NCBI GenBank assembly: GCA_030141605.1
Contig: JAQGDQ010000040.1
Coordinates: 496,001-560,000 of the forward strand
Source: Tubiluchus corallicola
Taxonomy: Eukaryota; Animalia; Priapulida
DNA: 64,000 nt
Direction: 5' to 3'
Positions 11,201 to 23,200 of the stretch are shown piece after piece. The number at the start of each line of letters is the position of its first letter. The first letter of the stretch is position 1. The notes under the pieces are model-generated. The model was given only the letters and a program-made list of their open reading frames with translations. It was not told the DNA's origin and searched no databases. Made by a program: the position numbers and the translations under genes.

Positions 11201-14200
11201 GTCAGCAGCAGAATCTAAAGTTGAAGTATTGGGGTTAGAGAAGGAGATATTTTGTGCGGGGGATGACCTAAGTTCTTGACGTCTCAATTCAACTTGAGCC
11301 ATCTGTTGTTCATGTTCCATTTTCTTTATGGACACTTCAGCTTCAAGTTCCAATTGCCTAATTTCAAGTAAGGCTTGGGTTGTCTTCTCATCAGTAGTAG
11401 AAAGCGCTTCTAAATTAATTGACGCAGTTTTACGACGCCTAGGAGTAGGCAAAGGTACACTATTTACATGCGTTGGCACCGAGACCGGATCTAGCAGGGG
11501 CTTTTCGGCAGCAATGGTTCGCACCCCTGTTGTATCGAAGTGAAGCGGCTTGCGCTTGACACTAGTATCCTCTCGTTCACCTAAAGCGGCTGTAGCGGGT
11601 AGGGGCAGCTCCATGTCATTATCCGAGAGAGAACCCTCCTCTGACATGCGATCCAGTTGATCCAGTGGATCTTTCATCTCACCACCTTCTGGATTTTCCA
11701 AGTCCGCCCTAGTTTCCGCTCCTTCTTCGGGAAGCCCGGCTGCTTCAAAAATTGTAGTAATCAACTTCGCTCTCGTAGTTCGTGGGTCAACCAGGAGCAA
11801 ATGCTCTGCAACGATATCTTGCAATTGTTTCTTGCTAAGGGAAACTAATTGTGACAGTCTATATCGTTTCTCAAACATTATTGAAACAATAATTAAATTC
11901 AAGCCTGAAAACGAAAACGCAATTAGCTACGGGTTATAGTTTGATAGGTTTTCTCTAATTTTCCACTTCCCACGCCTCCACACACTCTTGCACTCAAACA
12001 CAAAGAGAAACGTTTTTTTTAACTCTATTTCTTGTTAACGAGCTTCAACCCGTACAATTAAACTGGAGTTTTTGAGCGTAGGCCTTTAGTATCAAATGTA
12101 TTGGCCAGAATTTTGTATGCGCAAAGTAAATTTAAAAAGCTATAAACGCTTAGAACAAGCAACAGAGAAGCCAGGTAAACATGCAGCATGTATACTTCCT
12201 GCCAACGAAGCTTTTTCTATATTTAGTTTGCGAAGAAACTGGACTTTTGCCAAACTTTCAATAACGTCCTATGTAAACCTGACTAGACACTAGAATACAG
12301 TTAGGAAACAATATATAGGTTAAACTGCAAAATATTGAATTAATTGGTGTACCTACAAAGTTTAAATAGAAAAACTGTTGTAACTACTATTTTCTGCCCG
12401 GTTTTTCACTTTTCGTTTAAGTAAAGCTGAATCGTTTATCACACGGACAAAAATATTTCCTACTAGTAGTTAATGAAAGAAATTGACATTTCCGTGGCAT
12501 TTGTTTAGCTCACACTGTATAACCAAGACGTGTACAAAACGGATGAAGACATCAACTCAAGTTGATATCAGAAACGACAAAAAACATCTGACACCAGTGT
12601 AACATTCGGGTCACGAAATTCTTTGCTAGCCCACGGGGCCTCGAACTTGGGTCGGGCAACTTAAGTCAAGATAGATTGCTGAACGGGTTGGTGACTCCAA
12701 ATGTTAGAGAGCAGCAATGTTTATTTGAATTCTAAGGCAGTTACAAGCGCAGGAGGGGTCGGTCCGTCCTAAAGTACAGAGAATGGGCCAATGGTGATAC
12801 AGTGTGAACGGAAACAGTGAACCCAACAAAGTATAAATAAACAAACTGTTTGCTTTAGGTTTAACATTTTAATTGGCATAATTAATTAATTAATTAAAAC
12901 AATAAACAAAAAGAACTCACAACTTGCACTAGAACAGCGGGGTACCCCTCATTTAATAACAGTCTGCTAGCGTTTCACGTAGCGGGACGTCTCCCGTAAA
13001 GTTCCGGGTTTCACACACTTAGGTGACTGGAATCACTTTGCTAACAGTCTTGTCGACAACGGCGACCGCATCAATGTCCCACTCGCTTGACTGGCTTAAT
13101 GAGATTAGCGGACGATGACAGACCACCAGGATTCTTCTGACGACGTCTCCTCCTAATGAGTCAGGTACCAGGCTTTCAGTATATATTAGAAGTCTACTTT
13201 TTCGTCTTGGTTGAAAACTCCACCATCATGGAAGCATGCCCATCACAGGAAAATGTCATTTGCCAAATACTGGACGTATGGCTCACGTTCTGTCTACTCA
13301 ATATAAATGAATGGTAGTGTGAACAATTCAATTCACGTAGCTATTGCAAGTCATGAAGTTGATTCTTAAAGTATCAGAAGTGACGTCTTGTCGGCCAACG
13401 CCCCGACAAAGACAAAAACAATTGGCCTTTTAGCTGAGTCGGCCATTAAACCACAATCTCCCTAACCTTGTCGTATAATCTGCACCTCTCCAGTCATACC
13501 TGTCGTGACCCAGTTAATCATCCAATCACAGCGGTACTCTAGGTATGAGATCATGAAGCCAGAATTTAGTCAAAAAAGTTGAACTGTAACGTTTCTTTGT
13601 TGAACTCCCAATAGGTGGAGCCACCAGTTTATAACGTTTACCAAATTCGGTTAATTAGTTATTAATGACAGGTTCAATACAATACATTTAGATATAGCTA
13701 ATAGTTTTTCAAATGCCACGTAAACGTATTATTACAGTTAAATGGCTATTCGTTTTAATCTGCTAAACACGACCGTGACACATACCTTGTTATTTTGTGT
13801 AACAGATATCGTACTGCCTTTTGGCTTGAGTTGTACTTTCTGCATTCTACCGAACACATCTGTTTCTACACAAAACGTAAGATCCAATCCCAAATCAGTG
13901 ATATCATTGTCAAGGATCCACTGTAAAAATCATGTATAAGCTCCAAATAATCATGTTATTGTTGAATGTGTTTTTACCTAAACTGTTCTGTTTGTAATAC
14001 CCCAAGCACAACAAAAGATTCCAGTAACAGGGGAGACATTCAGAGACCTTTAGGAGACTAACAGAGATAGTCTTTTATCATTAGCTTTTTAATAATCCAA
14101 CGATTTCCAATTGTAGCATTTACACAACTCATGTGTTTGGCTACATTCTAAAAACAACCAATTGCTTATCTGCATTAAAACAATAAAAAAAACAACCAGC

Positions 14201-17200
14201 TATTCACTTTTCAACTATAACAGCATAAACTGTTTTCTAATATAGTTTAGCACTCTGCAAACGGGTACTCGATGGCACTTTTTACATAACACAAATAATT
14301 CAGGCAGGACCAAAAACTAGTTCACTATCAATGAGCAGCTGTATCAACTGGTGTCAGACTATTCACATACATCCTCATCCATCTTCATTGAAATAAATAT
14401 CAAAGGCGGTATAGTGAACAAAACTGCCTAAACAGTATTGTCGGTAGACATCATCCAGTTACTGAGCAACTAAGTGCACACTAAAAACCATTGTGTTGTT
14501 TATCTCGCCTTTTTTAATATTATTTGATTGATTTTTCATGCACAAAATTGTCTATTAAGCAATGGCTGAAATTTGAAACAAATGAGTCATTTAAATTGGC
14601 AAGACAGCACAGTTTCAAGTATTCCCTTGGCCTTGTATTTATTCTGACAGTGACCATGATTTAACAAGTGTTACCAGGTTATGCCAATTTAATCAGTAAC
14701 ATAATGTCAGAGCACGTTTAGTAATATCCCAGTAAAAGCTTACAACTAATTCAAAATGCTGCCATACATTGTGTAGCTTAGCTTAATGTACTAACATACC
14801 TGCAAATTTTTTGCATACTCTGGATCAATAGAAGCCACGTCTTGGTAATTAACTGGGATGCCAAGAATATGTTTGTAAAAGGAGCGAGTGAAGTAAACGT
14901 TGATCAGCTGACGGTGAAAAAGTGCAAGACCCATCGCTTGACCGGCAAACTTGAAGTAGTTTAAATGATCAGGATTGATGGCTGAGTTACTGTTTGGTTG
15001 AAAAGTACAGCCTGAAGCAAACACAAAAATGTAAAAAAATTAAAGTTATAAGATTCGATTACTGATAGTTACATATTAATCAAACAAGGTTCAAGATGAC
15101 TTCTAGGTTTAAGTTTAAGTTTATTTTTGTAAAGTGTAAAATCCATATAAATATGCACTTGAATGCTGTACCGAAAAAATACAATGCATTAAAAATACGA
15201 GATTTTACAAAAACTTAGTAACATTAAAATAAAAATATGAAAGAACAAACTTATTCTATAACCAGCTTGCTCTTTTTCCAACATATTAACAAAATTCAAC
15301 AAAAAAACGTAAAGGTAATTTTCCAGACTTACACTGTCACACTTGCTTATAACATTATTGAAAAATATTTCGCAAACTGACATGAACAAATTGTAATCAA
15401 AACAACACAGACTCGTTAAGACCACACATCCTACCTACATCATGCACCACAACACCACACCCGTTCTATCCACATCATGCACAACTACACCACACCCGTT
15501 CTATCCACATCATACACAACTACACCACACCCGTTCTATCCACATCATACACAACTACACCACACCCGTTCTATCCACATCATACACAACTACACCACAT
15601 CCGTTCTATCCACATCATGCACAACTACACCAGTCCAGAGTCATCAGAAGGAAACAATAAGCAAAATAACACAAGATGGTCAGTTATGTATGTATCAAAA
15701 TCACCATACTGAAAGTTCTGAAACAAATTTAAATTGTAAAGTAATACTCATTGGTTAAGATTGGTGAAATTTATAAACAATAAGTATCATAGTCTAAAAT
15801 GTAGGCTATAAAGTAAAAGATAAAAGTAGATTACAAAGGTAAAAATACTGATATAAGAATCCCTTTATAGTTTATAATAGTCTATAATCCATTAAATAGT
15901 TCCCCCTTTTATTATGAACAGAAAACTTTGTAACTTAATGCTTCTGCTTGTTAGATGTACCACTCCATGTTGGGCATTTGTAATTAATTAGTGTAAGCTG
16001 TGCGTCAATGTCTGTAATGTCCTGTGCAGCAATGTCCTTTCCGGTCCCAAAAATACTCTTCTTGCAACAAATTGATCTGTACACCAAAATGCCATTGAGA
16101 GAGAATTGTCAACAAACAATGGGTAATGTACACAAATAATATAAATAGCAATATTTGCACTACATTCAAGGTTTATATGAAGTTACTATTTCTGTAAAAA
16201 ACTAACAGCAAAACAATCACATGCTATTGCAAACTATTACCGTCAGGTGAGGGTATAAATAAGGCATAATCTGGATTAAGAAGTTCCTTAGACAAAACAT
16301 CAAACCATTCCCTTAGCACTCCATAACCCTGCAAGAATAATATATCTAGACTAATATCGCTTAAAACAATTCTGTACTAGTTAGTGTTATAAGCAAACAT
16401 TGCAAGCTTACTAGGACAAAGTAACGACCATTAAAATAGAACAAGCTTGGAGCATTTTTTGTATTTTTCAGTTTTCATGGAATTTTTATTATTTTAGCAC
16501 AAATTTTATCTGGTTGGGCTAGGCACGAAGTAAGCAAAATAACTTTTAACTGAAGAAAACACTTTACTACTGAAATGTTGCCTACTTAATTCTCAGCATA
16601 AGTTATTAGCCAAATTAAGTTTCAATAGTTAGCATGTTTATTATCATGTTCTACACAAAAACACTCACCATTCCATCTTCACCTTTGAACTGTACCGCCA
16701 GCTGCTTTTTCAGTTTTTGTGGTTCTGTTTTGAGTAGTTCTGCACAACTAGTTTCAAATATCTTCTCTAAAATGTAAAAAGCACCTATAGGTCATCATCA
16801 AAGAAGTGGAAAAAAACTTAAAACTCCATTTTGCAAAAAATCCCAAATTTAATGTTAAATATCTTAACAGGGAACTTCAATAATACTAAAATGGTCACAC
16901 CAGTTTATTTTTTATAACTCACAAACAAAACCTACTACTTTTAATGTGTGCAAAATAAAAAAATGTACTTTTCACAATCAACTGCATAAGGCTACAGCAG
17001 GCCATCCTCATATTCTACAGCAAATTAGTAATCTGATTTAGCTAGCCCTTCTTCGAGATATCTCATCCCGTTCGTACCTCTATCAATGTTCAAAGTCACT
17101 TCGTTTCCGGGAGGCATGTGAACGGATGAGGGGGAAACGTCCACCTCTTCAGGTGTGTTCAAGTTTTCATAAAACCATTGCTGCTTCAGCTTAAATGACT

Positions 17201-20200
17201 AAAATAATAAACAAGTTACTTAAATAATGCAATGAACAAACTATAGTTTTAGCATCCAGGTATGATGAACTTTAATTTCTATTTCAAATTTTAGTAATGA
17301 TATTCCGGTTATGTAACAGGTGGGTATGCAGAGGCCAGAAAAAACATTCAACATTCTTGCTCTGCTTGCTCCCATACAGTCCATGAAAATTTTGCCATTA
17401 ACTAGGAAATTAGTAGCAAATATGGTGCTGGAGAGCACACAAGAGCAAGCGAGGATAGGATAACTTAGGAGAGGATAAAACTAGATATGGTTCTGCTGAG
17501 AGTGATGTTCAGAGAGGCAGCTCCTATGGTTTAAGCCTAGAAAACCTGCAAGAGCCAGATATATCCAAAATTTAAATGAATTGACTTCTGTATAATATGG
17601 TCAGTATTACAAAATTAATGTTAAAAATTATTGTGACACAAAAAAGTACCTGTGCTTTTATAATAGGCAAAAAAGCTGTCATAAGCTCTGGACAGTCAAA
17701 CAAGAACGAGAAATGATCGAAGATGATGCGTGGTTGTCTAGTGACTAGATACATTAGAGATGACTTATGCATGTCCACAAACTCGAAGAAACATATTGAA
17801 GGCTCACTAAAATAGCAAAATGATAAAATAAGATAATTTAGTAAAATATGTCAGCATTCTACTCAACACTGTTCTAACCAGCAAAAATACAATGTAATAT
17901 TCAACCTAGTAAGACTGTAACTTCCTGAGTTTTTCCGTTTTGTAGTCGTTGTTTGCTTACATAACGCACACAAAATGCACAAAAAACTCATAATTGCAAC
18001 ACCCTGCAAACTGGAAAAGAAAAAAGGCTTTTGTATATCTCTAAGTTTACGAAGATTTAGAAAGCACAAACCTGCTGCTTTGAGCGCAACAGCAGCACAT
18101 GTAATAAGCTTGTATCACAGCACAAATTCTAGATGTTGTTGCATCTAATAAATCTGCAAAACTCTTTCTTTCCCCTGTCTTTCTCGTTAGGGAATGAGGT
18201 CGCAATGGCACTTGAAAACCGTCCACTTCAAGAAAACCTTCAGATGAGCTAGATAACAACTCTTGGCTGGAGCTTCCTAAGGGACCACCAAAAGCTGAAG
18301 ATGCCAAACTTTTGTCCAGAGTTGGACAGGAGAAGTCTTTTTCTTCTGCTACTGTCTCTGAAAGGTAATCCACTGCTTCAACTTCCATAGCCTGGGCCTC
18401 ACTGGTCATATTCACACTAGCACCAACTAGCAGATTATTCTGCAACTCCTGTTTTAATCTCTGTTCGCTGCTCATGTTTTCACGGTTGCCAAGAGGACTA
18501 TCTGAATCAATATGAGGTAATGAAGATGCTAAGTTCTCTAGATGAGTCGTGACCTCGGGGCTCAGAAGGTCATCATTAATCCGACTCATACTCATGTCAC
18601 TCCGTTTTTCGATCTCTGTCTCCAAAAGAACAATCCATTCATGTAAAGATGACCAGAGTAAATCCAAACCCTTTAAAACGATAAAAAATACTTGCTATCA
18701 TATTTCCCTTTCTACTTAAGATTTAAAGTTTAATATGATCAAACATACACGATGAGTAGAAAAATGTCTAATTTATGTTTATTACTGACTCATTGCATGT
18801 TTAATTGTTTTGTCTAAGGCAAAAACAAATGTTTCTTTTATGTTGGTTTAACACTATGCCTAATGTAATCCTACTTTGACATCAGCAAAAAGCATCCATA
18901 TTTTTGAGAAAAAAAACAATTGTAGCAAAATATCACACAGTAAACTTACTGGTTGAAATAATTATTTTGCATAATGCAAGAAAATACTGTTTTTGTGATA
19001 CCATCCTAAAACATACTTAAGTATTCTGCTCTTTAATCAACTAATAATAGTTTTGTTCACACCATGTAGAAGGTAAAGGATACATTAGCGGTCAACCCAT
19101 TTGGCACCAATAATAACTTTGTTCACTCAAACTTCTATTTAAATTTTGCCACTGTCATCAAAAACACACTATCAAAGGTCACCAAATACAATGAAAAGTG
19201 CTTTGACAGGGTTGTGTCGTAGCCGAGGAACATTACGAGGATGAATGTGTGTTCTGTTCGGATTACAAAATAAATTCGGGTTCTAGCTATAGATGTAGGT
19301 CTTCTGAGCACCCATTGTGGTTTTTCTGGCTGTGTGATTGTTTACACTAAATCTGGATCTAAAGGTTACAAGACTTATTGTATTATCTATGGGATTTATG
19401 TCTACTTACTAACATGTGCATTTGATAAAACAAAAAAATTCATGAAATACGTTAACGGTCTTTTCAAATTTACATGACTTAACACTTTTGTAATGTTCCA
19501 CACATTTTAACTCAAACTTATGAAATGTAATAAATTTTACCCGAAGAAAATCAGTGGGAGATTTCATCTGTAATTCATGCATTTTGCGCGAAGGTGACTG
19601 AGATCTCTGAGAAGACTCTCTTTGAAGTGAAGATGGCGACTGTGCTCCACGACGAAGGGATCCACCTTGTGTCTCTGCTGCCAACTGAAGCAGCTTATTC
19701 ACCAGCTTACAGAGAACAGACGTGCATCGTAGAAATATATCACACTGATGCTTATATGAGCTTGATATGCTAAAGTAAATGTACACAATCTATTAATGTA
19801 GAATTTGCCTTTGAAACGCATGTGATTTTGTAAACCTGCCAAATGAGCTAATGTACTATAATATGTTTTCATAATTAAATTAATATGTTATAATAGCAAT
19901 AGTAATAATAATAATAATGATAATAATAATAAAAATAACAACAACAACAACAACAATAATAATGATAATAATAACAATAATAATAATAATAATAATAACC
20001 TATTAATTGCCACATTGTAGAATATGAAGCTAAGAATCATATGACTCATGATAAAATTGCTTCAATGGAAAAGCATTGATACCTTAACAGTTCTAGACCA
20101 TGTTGTGCAGTCAGATTCGTCAGTGTATGTAGAATCTTTTCCTTTTTGTAACCATCTGCTTGACATATATAGGAAAGAGTTTGAAAAAGCTAAAACAAAC

Positions 20201-23200
20201 AAACATGATACAGTGAAATGGAAACAGAAAAATTTGGGAAGGTCTGCTAGCATCTATTGCAAACAGATCAACTTTTAGAGAGTTTCAACCAGAAATTTCA
20301 CCCGATTTAGCAGAAACTGCTCTACATTTTTCAATAAAAGATTTTGAGCAGAAATTTCTCTAAAGTTATCACCAAAAATTTTAGCAGGAATTTTTTATGA
20401 TTCTTACAAATTATTTTAGCAGATGCTTTTCTATAGCATGCTATTAGATTTCTAATCTTAGTAGAAATTAGGTGGTGCCTTCACACTTACTTTAAAAAGG
20501 TAATTTTCTATAAATCTCATTAGAAACCATGCAACAAGAGTAATCATTTAAGCCTCAGTCTCACATGCATGATTAAAAAACAACAATGCTACTAAGACAA
20601 AAACGCATTTACAAGTTTTACCTGCTTTTCCGTAACAATTGTTTTCTCTGCCATCTTTAATAAAACATCCAGCAATTTTGGCCAGTGCTTAATAAGAACT
20701 TCAGTCGTCTCAGCATATCCACACTGCACACTCCAGTCTAGAGGAGTAGTACAGGCTTTGTCAGATAAATATGAAGCACCACGGGCAAGCAATACTGTTA
20801 CTATGTCTCTTTGTCCATGCCTGCATAAGTTCAAAATTGTTTATAGACATTAAAGTTGATTAATTGCAACTTTAATAAGGGCATAATTCTTAATTGCAAG
20901 TATAAATATAATTAATAAAAATCTAACCAAAAAGAAAATATGATATTTCAATTAACACAGATGTGCAGAAATGAAATGTCTTTTCTTTTTTATTATGGGA
21001 TTACCTGGAGCTTCATAAGGCATTGTGTTAAAACAAAAAGATTTGGTAATACAAATAACACTTTTTATCAAAGCCAAAAACCATTTGTGTTAGTTGATAA
21101 AATATCATTGATTCTTTATATCACAAGGCTCACAGCAACAAATTTGGAAATAGAATGTTTTAAACTATTTATTTATTGATTCACAATATTTCGACATAAA
21201 TGGTATGTGTCTTCCCCAGATGTTCGTGTGCCGACACATAAAATTTTTGCCGTTTTTCTGCCAAAACAAAACTGAACTAAAAAATTGATTGTTGTACGAC
21301 TAAGTACAACTCTTTCATTAAATATCTCAAAAGAGCTTATTCAGGATATCACACAATAAGTTTTGAACAAAAAACCTGTTCTATTTACCTCATTGCACAC
21401 TAGCTGCAAGTTATTGGGTTAATAAAAAAATGTTAATTCTTAAAATGACAAATTTAAAAAAAAGCACTGTATTTCACATAAAAAAATCACGTAAATTTTT
21501 ATGCAAAATATAAGGGTTTTTGAAATATCACTTACAAACAGTTTAAAAATGTCACCAACAAAAACATTCTGAAACCTTACTTGCATGCTCCTGCGAGAGG
21601 TGTCAAACCCGAATTGTCTCGATGATTCACATTAGCACCATTGTCCAGTAAACAAACAACAGTCTGTTAAAAAATAAATGAACAATGCAGTGTAACTATT
21701 GACATTTGTAGAAAAGAAAAGAAATAAGAATATTAAAAAAACTTTTTTTGCTGGAAATTTACAACCTAATTAAAGCAAGAGAAGTTTAGTTTATCTAATA
21801 GAGTTGCCAACTTTTTGCTGGGCAGACATAATTATTAATTACTTTTACATCATTTACCATAGCTGTACCCTATAATATTAAATATACAGTAGGCACCTCT
21901 TAATATACTCACTTTGGGACCGAAGTGCTTTAACCCAATTAACCGACTGAACCTATTAACCGACGGGTGTAGTATTACTGATATAGAAGTATGAGTCACC
22001 AACTCACTACGCATTGCAAAGGTTTCTAATGAATTTTAGAAGAGAAGTAATGCCGAAATTCCTTTGTGCAGTTAAAAATTAGAAAAAAATTTAAAATATT
22101 AATTTATATAAGTGAAATAGCAATAAATTAAAACGTATCCTTTTCTAAATCACATGTCTCTTTATTTGCAAAATTACAAAACTTCCTTCAAAGTCGGCTG
22201 CTTCATTTTATGTCGCGAAGAAGTTGGCTCACAAAGAGCTCATAATGATAAAAACGTTGAAAATCTGTTGTTGTATATGATGCACAAATCCTCGTAAAAA
22301 ACTAAGATGAAATAAAAGACAAAAAAGCCTATTAGTCACAGGAAAGTGTCTTATTGAAGCATATGAAGCAAAAATATTGAGTCAACTATGTGAGCTATTT
22401 CAGTCAATTACCGACAGTTTTTATGTACATTTGAATAGAAGCAGCCCGTACCAGGCATTTTTGAGTCAATTAAACGATTGAGTCTATTAACCGTGAGTCT
22501 ACTAAGTGGCGTCTACTGTAGCCTTATTAATGCAGACAGCAACATTTTTAAGACACAATTTGCTTACGATAATGGTTAAAAAATGTAAAACTCTTGCAAA
22601 CAAAAGAAATATAAACCGTGAGATGTCCATTTTGGCAAGCCACATGCAGTGGCGTCTGACCTTGTTGATCTTCTACATCAATGTCTTTAATGTAAGACAG
22701 AACACTTTTTAGCAATTCAGCACGACCATTCACAGCCAGCCAATGGATCTAGCACAAATTAAAAAATATAGTAACCTTTACTTATTCATTAATCAACATA
22801 TTTTAATAATCGTTTTTTCAGTATGCAGCTAGTCCATTTAAATTTATTTTTTTCGCACCACTGCATACACAAGCCACTCTTAATAGTCCTAAAAATAATT
22901 TTCAACAATTTTCATTCATTTTTAACATGCCATGCATTTCTAGCAGTAATTCTGCTAGTAGATGATGCTGTTTACTAAACTTTTTGCCAAACCTGAAGCG
23001 GCAAAGCTCTGGCACAAAAATCAGAGCCTTTAAAAAAAAATCAAATTCTAGAAACAGTAAAAATTTTGCTCTATGCTAGTTTGTACTTAATTTAGTGGAT
23101 TATCAGCAATATCAGCAAATAAATGTCATGCAAAAAATCATTCTGCAGTAATTAAATACATACAGCAGTCAGTCCAACATTGTTACGAATATTAACATCA

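Larger units (their letters stand above)
5317..13780 (-). mobile_element. Full-length Gmr1-like Ty3/gypsy LTR retrotransposon (8464 bp)
   Basis: Two 1183-bp LTRs with TG...CA ends (5317-6499 and 12598-13780), 5-bp TSD CATAC (5312-5316 and 13781-13785), PBS, PPT and a single gag-pol ORF. Confidence 0.97.

Noticed and set aside
8204-11848. Several 60-90 aa ORFs overlapping gag-pol
   Set aside because: Shadow or alternative-frame ORFs of a long coding sequence.
15442-15758. His/Thr-rich repetitive ORFs and a CRISPR-like look
   Set aside because: Translations of a contiguous 35-bp minisatellite with no spacers, in a eukaryotic intron.
16767-17077. HACE1 intron whose donor end resembles a MITE terminus (introner idea)
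   Set aside because: No convincing TIR or TSD pair at both intron ends and no second copy in the window.
19060-19360. GC-richer stretch in a HACE1 intron as a possible extra exon
   Set aside because: In-phase readings hit stops, and the flanking exons already join in frame.
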